From positions 2,432 through 66,431 of the forward strand of contig CAUZHA010000009.1 in the NCBI GenBank assembly GCA_963579555.1: a stretch of 64,000 nucleotides of DNA, read 5' to 3'. Position numbers and translations under genes: made by a program. Positions within the stretch are counted from its first letter, which is position 1. Each line of letters starts with the position of its first letter. The notes beneath the pieces were generated by a model. The model did not search any database, was not told the DNA's origin, and saw only the letters and a program-made list of their open reading frames with translations. Of this stretch, positions 1 to 9,812 are shown piece by piece. The DNA comes from Planctomycetes bacterium UBA1146 (GTDB taxonomy: Bacteria; Planctomycetota; UBA8108).

Positions 1-530
1 TCTGCCGGATCCAACAGGAGATCGATCCCGTATTCCGGCGACTGAGCATTGAAGACCCACAGGACATCCCTGGTCTTTCTGCCCCGCAGGTAGGCCAGGG
101 CGATCTCGAATACCCTCCTCCTGGACTTGTCGATCAGCTCCGGCGAAGGGAAGTCAGCCTTGTAGACCTTCTTGAGGTACTCGATGGCCTCCTCGTACCG
201 GCCCAGCTGGTAGAGGCTCTCACCGAGATAGTAGCTCAGGTCCCGCATCTCAGCGGTTCCTGGGGAATTGTAGAGGACCATCAGGGCCTCCAACGCGTCG
301 GCGTAGGCTTCTGCCTCGAAAGCTTTCAGGGCCTCGCGACGCAAACTTCCAGGAGCCCCCCACTTTCCCTTTTCCTCAAGAAGCCACCCTGCATCCGCGG
401 ACCAGGTCGTGCCGGTCCCACCGCCGCGAATCCTCACGTCTTCAGACGACTCGGGTATCTCCGAACCGGCACAACCGAACACCAGCAACACGCAGAACAG
501 ACCCGGAAGAATTCGACCTGGAGCAATCAT
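1..530 (-). CDS. TPR-repeat lipoprotein, partial (3' end runs off the left window edge)
   Basis: My own minus-strand translation from ATG at 530..528 is open to position 1. It reads MIAPGRILPGLFCVLLVFGCAGSEIPESS... (signal peptide with lipobox LVFGC), then a TPR-like helical repeat pattern (...AEAYADALEALMVLYNSPGTAEMRDLSYYLGESLYQLGRYEEAIEYLKKVYKADF...). It is absent from the ORF track because there is no in-window stop. BamD-like is possible but unproven. Confidence 0.5.
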   Translation of the reverse strand, partial: MIAPGRILPGLFCVLLVFGCAGSEIPESSEDVRIRGGGTGTTWSADAGWLLEEKGKWGAPGSLRREALKAFEAEAYADALEALMVLYNSPGTAEMRDLSYYLGESLYQLGRYEEAIEYLKKVYKADFPSPELIDKSRRRVFEIALAYLRGRKTRDVLWVFNAQSPEYGIDLLLDPA

Positions 531-574
531 CAAAGGCCTTCCTGAAAAAGGATCAAAAACACGAGGCGGCGACA

Positions 575-1342
575 CTACAGCCAGCTGGCCTGATATCTTA
601 ACATCTTGAGCGGTCGTTCCAACACCGTGGTAAAGCTGTGAACAAGACAGGAATGCACCTGCCTGAGATTCTTTTTCTCGACCCCATTGGATTCAGGCGG
701 CGCCGGCATCTCCGAGAGGTCCTTCAGAAGCCGCACCCCGCTGCCTGGCAGGGTGATCGCGCCTCCTGGAGGAGTGTCGGCCTCGTGGTTGCAACCGCGA
801 CAAACCAGTCCTCCCGCCAACGAATTGTAGTAGGCTGAACGACCACCTCCAGGCCAGGGAAGCCCGCAAACCGCGCAGGAATCGACCCCGCCAAGGAAGC
901 CAAGCAGGTGCAGGGCCCGAATCTCAAAATGCAGCATATACCAGGGCAAGCTGTCGAGGGCTGCTCCTGAAAAATGAGCCAGGGTCCTGGCCGCCAGGTC
1001 AAACAACTTTGGAGTCCGGTCGGCGGGAAGGCTCACCCCGCGCAAAAACTCGACCAGCTGGCTGGCCAGGATATGTCTCATCCAGCAGGTTCTGATTCCC
1101 CGCCAGCCATCGACCACCTCGGCCTCGGCGAGAATCGACAAGCCTGGAGTGCCTCGCTTCAGGTAAGAGACGTCGTAGATGACGGCCAGGTCAAAGGGGC
1201 CCTGGAAGGAGTTCTTCGGACGATGGGAGCCCTTGGCAATCCCCTCGAGAAGACCTTCCTCCCGGCTGAACATCGAGACGATCTGGCTGGTGTTGCTATA
1301 GTCGACGCAACGAATTGGAATCGCGAGGGTCCTGAGTTTCAA
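575..1342 (-). CDS. recO: DNA repair protein RecO
   Basis: 255 aa. The N-terminal OB-fold region has RecO-like spacing (…FSREEGLLEGIAKGSHRPKNSFQGPFDLAVIYDVSY…). The C-terminal C4 zinc motif CAVCG…CRGC is typical of RecO. Confidence 0.75.
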   Translation of the reverse strand: MKLRTLAIPIRCVDYSNTSQIVSMFSREEGLLEGIAKGSHRPKNSFQGPFDLAVIYDVSYLKRGTPGLSILAEAEVVDGWRGIRTCWMRHILASQLVEFLRGVSLPADRTPKLFDLAARTLAHFSGAALDSLPWYMLHFEIRALHLLGFLGGVDSCAVCGLPWPGGGRSAYYNSLAGGLVCRGCNHEADTPPGGAITLPGSGVRLLKDLSEMPAPPESNGVEKKNLRQVHSCLVHSFTTVLERPLKMLRYQASWL

Positions 1343-1396
1343 CTCTTAACACCACCTCCAAAAACGCCGGGACCTTCCGCCGCAGGATGCGGACCT

Positions 1397-2731
1397 TCAA
1401 ACTTCTCCATTTTCATCATCTTCTCGTCCACCCTTTTCCAGCACCCGCAGCTGGAGTCGATGAACTCTTCTGCCATCGGCGCTGGTTACCTCGAACTGCA
1501 CTCCCTCGAGAGCGAAGGTGTCACCGACCTTCGGAATCCTGCCCATGCTTGAAAAGAGAAATCCCCCGATCGTGTCGTAGTTCTCATTTTCAGGAATACC
1601 AAGGCTCAACTCCTCGTTGAGATCATCGATGTGAACCGCGGCATCCACGCTGACCAGCCCATCGGAGAGCCGCTGGATCGACGCCAGTTCCTCCTCCTGT
1701 TCGTACTCGTCGCTGATCTCACCGACGATCTCCTCAATCACATCTTCGATGGTCACAAGGCCTTCGGTGCCGCCATGCTCGTCCATGACAATGGCAATAT
1801 GCAGGCGGTGCTGCTTGAACTCCTGGAGGAGGTCATCGATTTTCTTCCCGCCGCTAACACGATAGGGGCTGCGAATGAGCGCCTCAAGCGAGATGTCCTC
1901 CTTGCTGTAGAGACTCCGGAGGAGATCCTTCACATAGAGGATGCCGACAACATTATCCTTACTCTCCCTGTAGACCGGTATTCTCGAAAGGGCGCACTCG
2001 ATCGCCTTCTCGAGATTCTCAGAGAGCGGCTCGTCGAGATCGAGGCAGGTCATCTTCGTACGGGGCGTCATCACCTCCGAGACTTCCACATCTCCAAAGG
2101 AAATGATCGACTCGATCATTTCCATCTCCTCGGATTCGAGCAGCCCCTCACGCTCGACCTCTTCAGCCTTTGAACGCAGCTCCTCTTCGAGAATATCAGC
2201 GGAATCCCTATGTGAGCTGCGCCCGGAGACCCTGGCAAGCGGACGCAGGATGGCCTCGAGGAGCCACCGGGCAGGGCCAAAACAGGAATGCAGAAAACGG
2301 ATAAGTCTCGAAAAACGAGCCAGCCAGGCCTCCGGCCAGAGCCGACCGATGATAGCTGAGAGCAGTTCCAGGACGAGTACCTGCAAGACGAAGATCTCCA
2401 GCGCCAGCATAGCCAGGCAAATGCCCAGATCTGTATTGAAGGTGAAATCGGGAGATGCCGTCTCGAGCGCGGGCAGACGGCCAAGCAGCCAGCAGCAGGA
2501 GATGACGCAGCGGACAACGATGTCGAAGTTGCCTAGCGTACCCTCGTAATCTTCCTTGAACCTGGCGAATCGCTCCACTCGCTCAGGGCCCCAGTCAACG
2601 GACCTCTCCAGCAGGGCCTTCCTGGAAAAACGCTCGGTGGCTTTCCGACAGATCGAGATAAAGAGCCCCGCCCCGATCAGGATCAGCGAGACCAGCATCC
2701 ATAGTTCCAAGAAAGATTCCTGAGCGTACAA
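1397..2731 (-). CDS. CNNM/CorC-HlyC family transporter (DUF21 TM domain + CBS pair + CorC_HlyC domain)
   Basis: 444 aa with N-terminal multi-TM DUF21-like region. A CBS pair is present (…MTPRTKMTCLDLDEPLSENLEKAIECALSRIPVYRE…IAIVMDEHGGTEGLVTIEDVIEEIVGEI…). The C-terminal transporter-associated domain is present (…TFALEGVQFEVTSADGRRVHRLQLRVL…). Confidence 0.8.
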   Translation of the reverse strand: MYAQESFLELWMLVSLILIGAGLFISICRKATERFSRKALLERSVDWGPERVERFARFKEDYEGTLGNFDIVVRCVISCCWLLGRLPALETASPDFTFNTDLGICLAMLALEIFVLQVLVLELLSAIIGRLWPEAWLARFSRLIRFLHSCFGPARWLLEAILRPLARVSGRSSHRDSADILEEELRSKAEEVEREGLLESEEMEMIESIISFGDVEVSEVMTPRTKMTCLDLDEPLSENLEKAIECALSRIPVYRESKDNVVGILYVKDLLRSLYSKEDISLEALIRSPYRVSGGKKIDDLLQEFKQHRLHIAIVMDEHGGTEGLVTIEDVIEEIVGEISDEYEQEEELASIQRLSDGLVSVDAAVHIDDLNEELSLGIPENENYDTIGGFLFSSMGRIPKVGDTFALEGVQFEVTSADGRRVHRLQLRVLEKGGREDDENGEV

Positions 2732-2800
2732 TTCTACCTCTTCTAAAACAGCACCTTCTCACGGGGACCCTGGAAATTCCAGCCAGGCCCTCTCGGTCAC

Positions 2801-5800
2801 CTACTCTTCCGCATCGTCTCCACCACCAATGCCCCCACCTTCGGGAACTTTTTCAGGACCTTCTCCCGGCGTCTCTTCGGAAGATTCCCCCCCGGGCTCC
2901 TCTCCGGCGGCGGGGCCGCCCTGGGGCTGCTCCTGGGCCTTCCTGAAATCCTCGGCCAGCTCAACCACCAGGCGGCCGACATTTCCCTGGCGTTGCTGCA
3001 GTCGATCGAGAGCTCTCGACCATTGCTCCGAGTCGCTGCTGCCATCGTTGCTCTGGCGAAGATCCTCGAGCTGCCCGGTCTGCCTGTTGATCTCGAGCTG
3101 CAGATTCTTCAACATCAACAGCTCCGCAAGCATCGACACCAGCGCCTCGTTCTGCTGCTGAGGTTGCTGCTGGTCCTGTTGCTGCTGCTGTTGCTGCTGG
3201 CGCTGGCGCTTCATCACCTCGAGCTGTTCCTCGAGGGAAGCCATCATCCTCTCGATGTCGACCACCACGCTTTTCTGAAGGAACTGCGTAAAGGAGTCCG
3301 TCTCGAGCTCGAGCAGAAGATCGCGGACCTGCTGCATGTCAGCGCTGACGTTTTTCAACATGAAGCTGAAGACCCTCGACGACTCTTCCTCGAGACGGCC
3401 GATGAGCGTAGTGATCTTGTCCGACAGGTCTCCTTCCTGCCGCGCGAGAGGCTCCAGCATGCGCTGCAGAGAGGCCCTGCGTCGACGGCTCAAACGCCCC
3501 GCGGGCCGCTCCCGCTGGGCAGCGGCCGTAGCGGTATTGATCTTGAGCTGAGCATCCCTTGTCTCGGTAAGCTCCTTGACCAGTGAAACCAGCTCCTGCT
3601 CACGCTTGAGCTCTTCAAGGCTTTCCTCTTCCTGCCGAAGCTCTTCCTCCTGCTGCTGGAGCTTGGCGAGAGCCTCCTCCTGGTCCTGTTCCGCCTCATC
3701 AGGATTGCCCTGCTCGAGGTTCTCAGCTGCCTGCTCCATCTTCTCAGAGGCATCCTGCAATTGCTGTGAACGCTGGGGCTGCCCTGAAGACTTGTTCTGT
3801 TTCGCGGCATCTGAGGTCTGGCGCGCAAGCTCCTTCTGCTCTTGAGACTGCATGTCAAAGCGCTTGCGCTTCTCGAGCTTCGCCAGCTGTTCTTTCTTTT
3901 TCTCCTCCACCTGCTCCTTTGCCTTCTTGAGCTGGTCGAGCGCCTCCTCCTGGCGTTTCCGACTCAGCTCCTGGCGCCCCTGGCGCGAAGCCTCGGAGGA
4001 TTCCGTCATCTTCCGAGCGGCCTCTTCAAGAGATTGCCCCGCCTGCCGCAAGCCGCCCGGCTTCTGCTCATCCTTTCGTCGCAGCTTGCGCTCGAGCCGG
4101 CTGGTTTCACTGGCGGCATCCTTTGTCTTGCGCGCCAGCTTCTTCTCGAGATCCTGCTTCTTCTGAAGCTCAGACCTTCCTGCCAGCTCCTCCTTCGCCT
4201 GCTCGAGCTCTTTTTGAGCTTGCTCGAGAGCCGCCGAAGCCTCCCTGCCGGATTTTTCCGCCTGTCCCTGCCGCGCTTCGCTGAGCGATTCTCGCGCCTG
4301 CCTCATTGCATCCGAGGCCTTCTTAAAGAGAGCTGAGCCCCGCTGGAGAGCATCCCTGGCAGCCTGGGACTCACTTTTCCGGGCCTGCTCCCCCGCCTGG
4401 CTGGAAGCGGAAGACGCCTTACGGGAGAGCCTCTGTTCCTCCTGGCCAAGCCCGGCCGTCTGCAGAGCGTTTCTCGCCATGGCCTCCTTCAGCTGCTTCG
4501 CGACCTCCTCCCGGGCTCGCTCCAATTCCTGCGCGGCCCCTTCCTGCCCCTGCTCAGCCGCCTTGAAGTCGTCCCGCTTGATCGATTCCTCCGCCTGCCG
4601 GCTCTTCCTCGCGGCGGCGGAGACTCCTTCCCTGACCGATTCCGGCAGGGCCTCTTCCTTGAGCTTGCTTCCAGCCTTCCGAAGACCCTCCTGGAATTGT
4701 CGCGCGCGGCTCTCGAGCTCGGCCTTCAGATCAGAAATCTCCTGGGCCACCCGAGCCAGCTCCAACTCGCTGGCTCCCTTTTGAAGCTCCGGCGCAGTCT
4801 CTTCTCCTGAGGTCTTCTCCTTCGCACCCGGCGGCGACTTTGCACCCGGCTTGCCGGCCTCGCCCTTGCCGGCCTCGCCCTTGCCGGCCTCAGGACTTTT
4901 CCTTCCGGCTGGTCCTTCAGCGGGGCTCTCGCCTCCCTGCTCTTTTTTTCCCTCTTCGCCTTGAGCCTCCTCGCCCTTGCCCTGCCTCCCTTGAACCGGC
5001 TCCCCTTGAACCGGCTCGCCCTTGCTTTTCGCATCTCCATCCGCCGGCTGCGACTGTTCTCCCGCGGGCTTCCCTGGAGAGACAGGCCTGTTGGCCGCGC
5101 TCATCCTGCCCAGCTCTTTCGACTTCGTATCCAGCTGACCTGAATCCTGCGCCAGGGCGCGGGCCTGGCGAATGAGCTCATCGAGATTCTCGATCGCCTT
5201 CCTGGCATCGGCAATCTCCCGCTGATCTTTCTCACGCTCCTCCCCTCGGGGCAGCTTGCCCAGGCCATCGTTGACCCGTTTCTGAAGACCCTGCAGGGCT
5301 CGGGCGGCCTCAATCGCCTGGTCGAGAGCCTGCCTGTCCTTTTCCGTTCCCTCGGGATCGATCTTCTCCGTGGAATCGCCCTTTACAAGCCCCTCCTGCA
5401 TCTTCAGAACTTCGCTGATCAGATCCGTGAGGTCCTGCAGCCCTTCGGCTGCCTGCTTTTCACTCAGAAATTTTCTGGTCTCATCAAGAAGGCGCTCCTG
5501 CTCCTGCTTGAGCTTTCCGGTGAGCTTACGCTGCTCTTTGAGCTTTTCGAGCTGTTGCCCGGCGCGGCTCTCGCTGAACTGGCTAGCCTCCAGCACCGCG
5601 AGGATATCGTCAATAATCTTGATCGCATCATTCTGCCGTGAGACAGCGGAGATGAAATCTTTGTTCGAAAGCATTCCCTCAATCTGCGCGAGGGTGTCAG
5701 GCAGCCGCTGGGTACGAATCTGCCGCGCTCCCGCCCGCAGACGCTCGGCATCCTGCGGCTCACTGGCCGCCAACTTGTCAGCCACCTTGTCCATGTCATC

Positions 5801-6022
5801 GGCCAGCTTGAGGACGATGGCGCGAATCTGTTCCTGCTCCCGGGACAGCTCGCGTGACCGGTCCTTGTCCTCTCCCCGAGCAGGCTGCGAAAAACCCGGC
5901 CCGGCAGCCGCGGAGACACATCCCAGGGCCGAAAGCAGAACAACGAAACGATAAAACCGCGAGGTACGCATAACAGGTCTCATCTTACCCGACAGGACGA
6001 GGGAAGACATCCGAGTCATCAT
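2801..6022 (-). CDS. Secreted low-complexity coiled-coil protein (E/K/Q/A/R-rich, polyQ tract, GEAGK repeats); terminal gene of the MoxR/BatA-like operon
   Basis: 1073-aa ORF. N-terminal signal-like segment (…FYRFVVLLSALGCVSAAAG…). Then >900 aa of heptad-like EKQRA-rich sequence, including QRQQQQQQQQDQQQPQQQ and (GEAGK)3. The ATG at 6022..6020 overlaps the upstream stop (ATGA), indicating translational coupling. Confidence 0.55.
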   Translation of the reverse strand: MMTRMSSLVLSGKMRPVMRTSRFYRFVVLLSALGCVSAAAGPGFSQPARGEDKDRSRELSREQEQIRAIVLKLADDMDKVADKLAASEPQDAERLRAGARQIRTQRLPDTLAQIEGMLSNKDFISAVSRQNDAIKIIDDILAVLEASQFSESRAGQQLEKLKEQRKLTGKLKQEQERLLDETRKFLSEKQAAEGLQDLTDLISEVLKMQEGLVKGDSTEKIDPEGTEKDRQALDQAIEAARALQGLQKRVNDGLGKLPRGEEREKDQREIADARKAIENLDELIRQARALAQDSGQLDTKSKELGRMSAANRPVSPGKPAGEQSQPADGDAKSKGEPVQGEPVQGRQGKGEEAQGEEGKKEQGGESPAEGPAGRKSPEAGKGEAGKGEAGKPGAKSPPGAKEKTSGEETAPELQKGASELELARVAQEISDLKAELESRARQFQEGLRKAGSKLKEEALPESVREGVSAAARKSRQAEESIKRDDFKAAEQGQEGAAQELERAREEVAKQLKEAMARNALQTAGLGQEEQRLSRKASSASSQAGEQARKSESQAARDALQRGSALFKKASDAMRQARESLSEARQGQAEKSGREASAALEQAQKELEQAKEELAGRSELQKKQDLEKKLARKTKDAASETSRLERKLRRKDEQKPGGLRQAGQSLEEAARKMTESSEASRQGRQELSRKRQEEALDQLKKAKEQVEEKKKEQLAKLEKRKRFDMQSQEQKELARQTSDAAKQNKSSGQPQRSQQLQDASEKMEQAAENLEQGNPDEAEQDQEEALAKLQQQEEELRQEEESLEELKREQELVSLVKELTETRDAQLKINTATAAAQRERPAGRLSRRRRASLQRMLEPLARQEGDLSDKITTLIGRLEEESSRVFSFMLKNVSADMQQVRDLLLELETDSFTQFLQKSVVVDIERMMASLEEQLEVMKRQRQQQQQQQQDQQQPQQQNEALVSMLAELLMLKNLQLEINRQTGQLEDLRQSNDGSSDSEQWSRALDRLQQRQGNVGRLVVELAEDFRKAQEQPQGGPAAGEEPGGESSEETPGEGPEKVPEGGGIGGGDDAEE
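3152..3210. repeat. CTG/CAG-type trinucleotide repeat tract (encodes the polyQ run of the coiled-coil protein)
   Basis: Seen directly: tctgctgctgaggttgctgctggtcctgttgctgctgctgttgctgctggcgctggcgct. Imperfect (CTG)n on the plus strand equals (CAG)n on the coding strand. Confidence 0.7.
4850..4894. repeat. 15-bp tandem repeat x3 (cttgccggcctcgcc), encoding (GEAGK)3
   Basis: Seen directly at 4850-4894. A second 15-16-bp tandem duplication lies nearby (cccttgaaccggctcc x2, ~4983-5016, encoding PVQGE PVQGR). Confidence 0.7.
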
Positions 6023-8508
6023 TCTTCTTTTCCTCCATCACCATCTTTTTCGGTCTGGCTCCTGGTATCCTCCCTGAGCCCCTCCTGCCGCCGCTTGATC
6101 TCTCTCATCAGCTGGATCAGGCCCCGCAGATCGCCAAACTCGCTCATCCTTACAACGATCGAATCCAGGTCCCGTTCCACCTCGAGCTGCGCCGCCACGC
6201 TCCTGGCAAGTGCGGCCGGATCCTGCTCAGATTCCTGTGCCCGGGAGCGCAGCTCATCCAGCTGTTCAGCAATGCGGTCGGACTTATGTTCAACGATATC
6301 ATCGAGCTCTTCCCTGAGCCCCTGGAGCCAGTCTTTCCATTTTTCCTCGCCGACCTTGTTCATCTTCATCTTGCCAAGCATTTCCCCGATATTCCCGGCA
6401 AGCCCCGTCAGGCCCTCAGAGACCCTGACCTGGTCCTGGCGATGCCTCGAGAGCCTGGCCGCCGCGTCCTTGTCCAGCTTGCCTCCAAGGAGGAATTTCT
6501 CCTGGGATTCCTCCAGGTCTTTCCTGACTGATTCCTGCCGCCCCCTCAGCCTGTCGGTCATGTCGCGAAAAGACATCACCTCTCGCGCGTACTGGTCCTC
6601 CAGGACATCGGGATCGACCACCTGTAGAAGATAGATCTGGGATTCTCCAATATTCCCTATCGGCCGGCCATCGGCCCTCTTGTTCCCGGTCCTGCCGAAA
6701 TCCTCGGCCAGGACAAAGTACTCAAAACGAGCCCCCGGAGAGGGCGCGCGCCCATCACCTGATCCGAGCTCCGCAAGCTTGAGAACATAAGGATCGAGCT
6801 CCGGTTCACCCTTCGCCCCCGTCGGACCGTCCGCCTCCATATCGAGCAGGGCGACCCTGCTCCTTTCAGGCTCAGCCTCGCCGGCAGCGTAGTAATTTCC
6901 ACCCAGATCGACTTTCTTGACCGCGTAATCATCCTTGACCCAGGCCTGAATGGGAATCTCCGCATTGGGAGAAACATCCTCGGTCAACCTGGCCGGCTCT
7001 ACAATCCGCACCACGGGCTTGCGGTCGGGGATCGCCTGGATCCTGAATCGCTCCGGCTGGGAGCTGCGGAAGCCCTCAGGATCGGCAAACTGGAAGAAAT
7101 AACCACCGCTTTCCTGCACCACGAACTTGCCGCCAAACTTTCTTCCATCCCTCACCTCGAGCTCGACAGAATCCGGAGAGGGCCACTGGTCGCCCCCCGC
7201 GTCTCCGCCTTCATCTCCCTCGACCCCCTGCTTCAGGACTAAATAGGCATTATCAATCATCACGTTGGTCGCCAGGGTGAAGCTGACCTCCGTACCGACA
7301 GGAACCCTCAGATTTCCATGCCGCTGGATGATCCTCTTCTCTCCCCCCCCCGTATAGGCCGGGTTCTGGTAGCTGACCTGGTTATAGCCTCCCTCCTCCC
7401 ATTCCTTCATGTCGATACGAGGACGCTTTCTCACCTTGACAGCCACCGGCTCGGTGCGATCCTCGCCCCGGCCGTCAGCGGCCCAGAACTCAAAGGGCTG
7501 GTTCACGTTCCTGAACAGATAGACGAAGCGGTCGTAGCTTTCGATGCGAACTTTCGCGCCCGCGTCCTTCAGCAGACGCTCCAGCTCGATGCTCCGGCCA
7601 GCCAGCACCTCCCGGACGAGCCGTCCGCGGCCGCGATCAAAGGTCTTCGCAAGCAGCAATTTGTCCAGGCCGGCCTCCAGCAGGGCGGCGATCAGGTCTT
7701 TGGAATCCTCCGCTGGCTTCTCCAGCCAGATGTCATGCGATTGCTGGGGGCTCGCATCCATGACCTTCCTGCCCTCCGCTCCATCAGCCAGCTTCCAGTT
7801 GATCTCCAATGTCCTTGGAGACCCGCGAAGAACACGGACCGCCACAGGCAGATCATCTCCCATGGCGACGACACCCGGGGTTCCAGCCTCCAGCTCCAGC
7901 TGGATGGTCTTGGGCCATTTAACGGAGCCGTTCAGCAACAGGTTTCTCTGGTACCAGGTGGCGGCCAGATCGGGCTGCAATCCGGCCCCGGAAGTAACAA
8001 TGGCCGTGGCCAGGAAGAACAACAGCAGGTTTCTCTTCAGTCCCTGCAGCTTCAGCGCCCCGCGTGAGAGCAGCTTCTGCGCGCCCGCCTCTACCTCCGC
8101 TACCACCGAGTCCAGCATCTCGCGGGAGACATGCCGAGCCCCCTCGCTCTCACTTCCACAGAGTTCAACAACAGTGACCAGGGACTGGTTGAGCTCCGGA
8201 TTCGCCTCCTCGACAATCATCGCGAGCTCCGAATCTCGAAGCTTACGGGAAAGCGGAGCCAGGATCCGCCGGGCGAAGAGGATAGCCAGGCCAGCCCAGG
8301 CTGCGACCATGAACAGCTGGCGCACCGGCAACGGCAGCCTGAGCAAATAATCGAGGCCGAAAGAGATCAGCAGGCCGATGGACACAATGAAACCTATCCA
8401 CACCAGCCCACTGAAAAGAGCGGCCCTGCGAATCCTCCGGCGCAAATAGCCGAGCACAGCAAGGCTCTTCTCTGGAGCTCTACCGGATGAAGATTTCAAG
8501 CCTTTCAC
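6019..8508 (-). CDS. Membrane protein of unknown function: two TM helices, large soluble region, C-terminal coiled coil (BatA-operon member)
   Basis: The ORF is open to 8808, but its first ~100 codons are low-complexity and overlap the upstream gene 8513..9694. A GTG at 8508..8506 lies 5 nt after that gene's TGA (VKGLKSSSGRAPEKSLAVLGYLRRR… then TM helices ALFSGLVWIGFIVSIGLLISFGL and LFMVAAWAGLAILFA) and is proposed as the start. The C-terminal ~120 aa are E/R/L-rich coiled coil. Confidence 0.5.
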   Translation of the reverse strand: MKGLKSSSGRAPEKSLAVLGYLRRRIRRAALFSGLVWIGFIVSIGLLISFGLDYLLRLPLPVRQLFMVAAWAGLAILFARRILAPLSRKLRDSELAMIVEEANPELNQSLVTVVELCGSESEGARHVSREMLDSVVAEVEAGAQKLLSRGALKLQGLKRNLLLFFLATAIVTSGAGLQPDLAATWYQRNLLLNGSVKWPKTIQLELEAGTPGVVAMGDDLPVAVRVLRGSPRTLEINWKLADGAEGRKVMDASPQQSHDIWLEKPAEDSKDLIAALLEAGLDKLLLAKTFDRGRGRLVREVLAGRSIELERLLKDAGAKVRIESYDRFVYLFRNVNQPFEFWAADGRGEDRTEPVAVKVRKRPRIDMKEWEEGGYNQVSYQNPAYTGGGEKRIIQRHGNLRVPVGTEVSFTLATNVMIDNAYLVLKQGVEGDEGGDAGGDQWPSPDSVELEVRDGRKFGGKFVVQESGGYFFQFADPEGFRSSQPERFRIQAIPDRKPVVRIVEPARLTEDVSPNAEIPIQAWVKDDYAVKKVDLGGNYYAAGEAEPERSRVALLDMEADGPTGAKGEPELDPYVLKLAELGSGDGRAPSPGARFEYFVLAEDFGRTGNKRADGRPIGNIGESQIYLLQVVDPDVLEDQYAREVMSFRDMTDRLRGRQESVRKDLEESQEKFLLGGKLDKDAAARLSRHRQDQVRVSEGLTGLAGNIGEMLGKMKMNKVGEEKWKDWLQGLREELDDIVEHKSDRIAEQLDELRSRAQESEQDPAALARSVAAQLEVERDLDSIVVRMSEFGDLRGLIQLMREIKRRQEGLREDTRSQTEKDGDGGKEE

Positions 8509-8512
8509 AAGA

Positions 8513-9694
8513 TCAGTTTTCCGTAATGGGCAGGTACTGGTTGGGGTACTGCAGAATGATGGCGGCCATGGCCGTGGCGTAGTTGGCCCCCACCAGATCG
8601 GTCCACCTTCCATCATTTTCCTGCAGCAGCAGCAGGTCCTGCCGGATGGAATCGTACCAACGCTTCCAATAGGTCCCGCCCTTCTGGAAGGAAGCCTGGA
8701 CGGCATAGTACTGGAAATAATAATAATCGAAGGTATACCTTGCCTCTCCCCGCTTCGGCCGCTCTCGCCAGATGTACCGTAGCCCCTCGTTGATCTGGAA
8801 GGCGTCATACTCCCCCGCGCTATAGAGTGTGGTGACCCCGGCGGCCGTCAGCGCGGGAGTCCAGCGGCTGTGCACCCCCCGGAACTTGAGCCCCAGCTGG
8901 TAGGTGAAGGCCCCGACCCCGGGGACAAAGCTCTTCTTCACATAGTCCACGGCTCTCTGGATCGTGGCGAAAGGAACCTCGATTCCCGCGTTGCGCGCCG
9001 CCCGAAGAGCCATGACCTGGCAAACCGTAATCGACATATCCGAATCCTGGGCGCCAGGACGATAGCGCCAGCCGCCCTCGGCGTTCTGGGCGTTGACGAT
9101 CAGGCGGATGGCGTTCTTCAGCGACCGCTTTACCCGCTCCGCGTCACGATAGGATCCCGTACCATAGACCTCGGCCAGGAACAGGGTGGCAAATGCATGG
9201 CTGTACATGCGGGATCCGTTGGCGCTGATAAATCCGTTGGCAGCCGACACGCGGCCCATGACATATTCGAGAGCCTTCTCGAGCACCTCGCAATAGCTGA
9301 CCTTTTTTCCGTTCTTCATGACGAAACCGGCGGAGCCCTGGCCGGGCAGAACGCCGTGCGCCAGGAAGGCGATACCCACCAGGCCGGTCACCCCGACATG
9401 AGGCGCCACGGTGCCGCGGTAGGTCATGTGCACCTTGCGTCCAACCCGGTCGGTCCAGGATCCATCGGAATTCTGCCTGGACGCCAGGAAGCTGAGCCCC
9501 TTCTCTACGGCCCGTGCGGTGGAAGCGGAAACCGTCCGGGTGGACCTGGGCTTCGGCTCGTCCGCAGGCTCATCCTCAGCGGCCAGACCCTTCGCGCCCC
9601 CCAACCCCAAGACGAGAAGAACCAGCGCTGCCGGCGTAAAAAACGAGTAGATGAGCTTGTATGCGGTTTTTTTCAACACTCTTGCGCTATCCAT
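8513..9694 (-). CDS. Secreted prenyltransferase/squalene-cyclase-like repeat (alpha/alpha-toroid) protein
   Basis: 393 aa. Signal peptide (…PAALVLLVLGLGGAKGLAAED). Repeated QW-type motifs typical of terpene cyclase/prenyltransferase beta-subunit repeats (RQNSDGSWTD…, NAQNAEGGWRY…, LQENDGRWTD…). It is a paralogue of 30959..32464. Confidence 0.6.
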   Translation of the reverse strand: MDSARVLKKTAYKLIYSFFTPAALVLLVLGLGGAKGLAAEDEPADEPKPRSTRTVSASTARAVEKGLSFLASRQNSDGSWTDRVGRKVHMTYRGTVAPHVGVTGLVGIAFLAHGVLPGQGSAGFVMKNGKKVSYCEVLEKALEYVMGRVSAANGFISANGSRMYSHAFATLFLAEVYGTGSYRDAERVKRSLKNAIRLIVNAQNAEGGWRYRPGAQDSDMSITVCQVMALRAARNAGIEVPFATIQRAVDYVKKSFVPGVGAFTYQLGLKFRGVHSRWTPALTAAGVTTLYSAGEYDAFQINEGLRYIWRERPKRGEARYTFDYYYFQYYAVQASFQKGGTYWKRWYDSIRQDLLLLQENDGRWTDLVGANYATAMAAIILQYPNQYLPITEN

Positions 9695-9812
9695 CTAGGA
9701 CATCAGAAACGAGTCTGAGGACTGCGTATGATCTCCTGGGAGATTCTACCGCTTAAGATATGTAAAATCAGGCGAATAAAGACCTTTCACGCCTGTAAGG
9801 CCCTATTTCGGC

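Noticed and set aside
409-609. 66-aa plus-strand ORF at the left edge
   Set aside because: It overlaps, on the opposite strand, the better-supported TPR lipoprotein gene and has no features of its own.
2829-5954. Numerous plus-strand ORFs (e.g. 2993..3586, 3842..4336, 5370..5954) antisense to the coiled-coil gene
   Set aside because: They are low-complexity Leu/Ser/Arg-rich translations of the opposite strand of a repetitive GC-rich gene. They have no start context or domain signatures and are treated as shadow ORFs.
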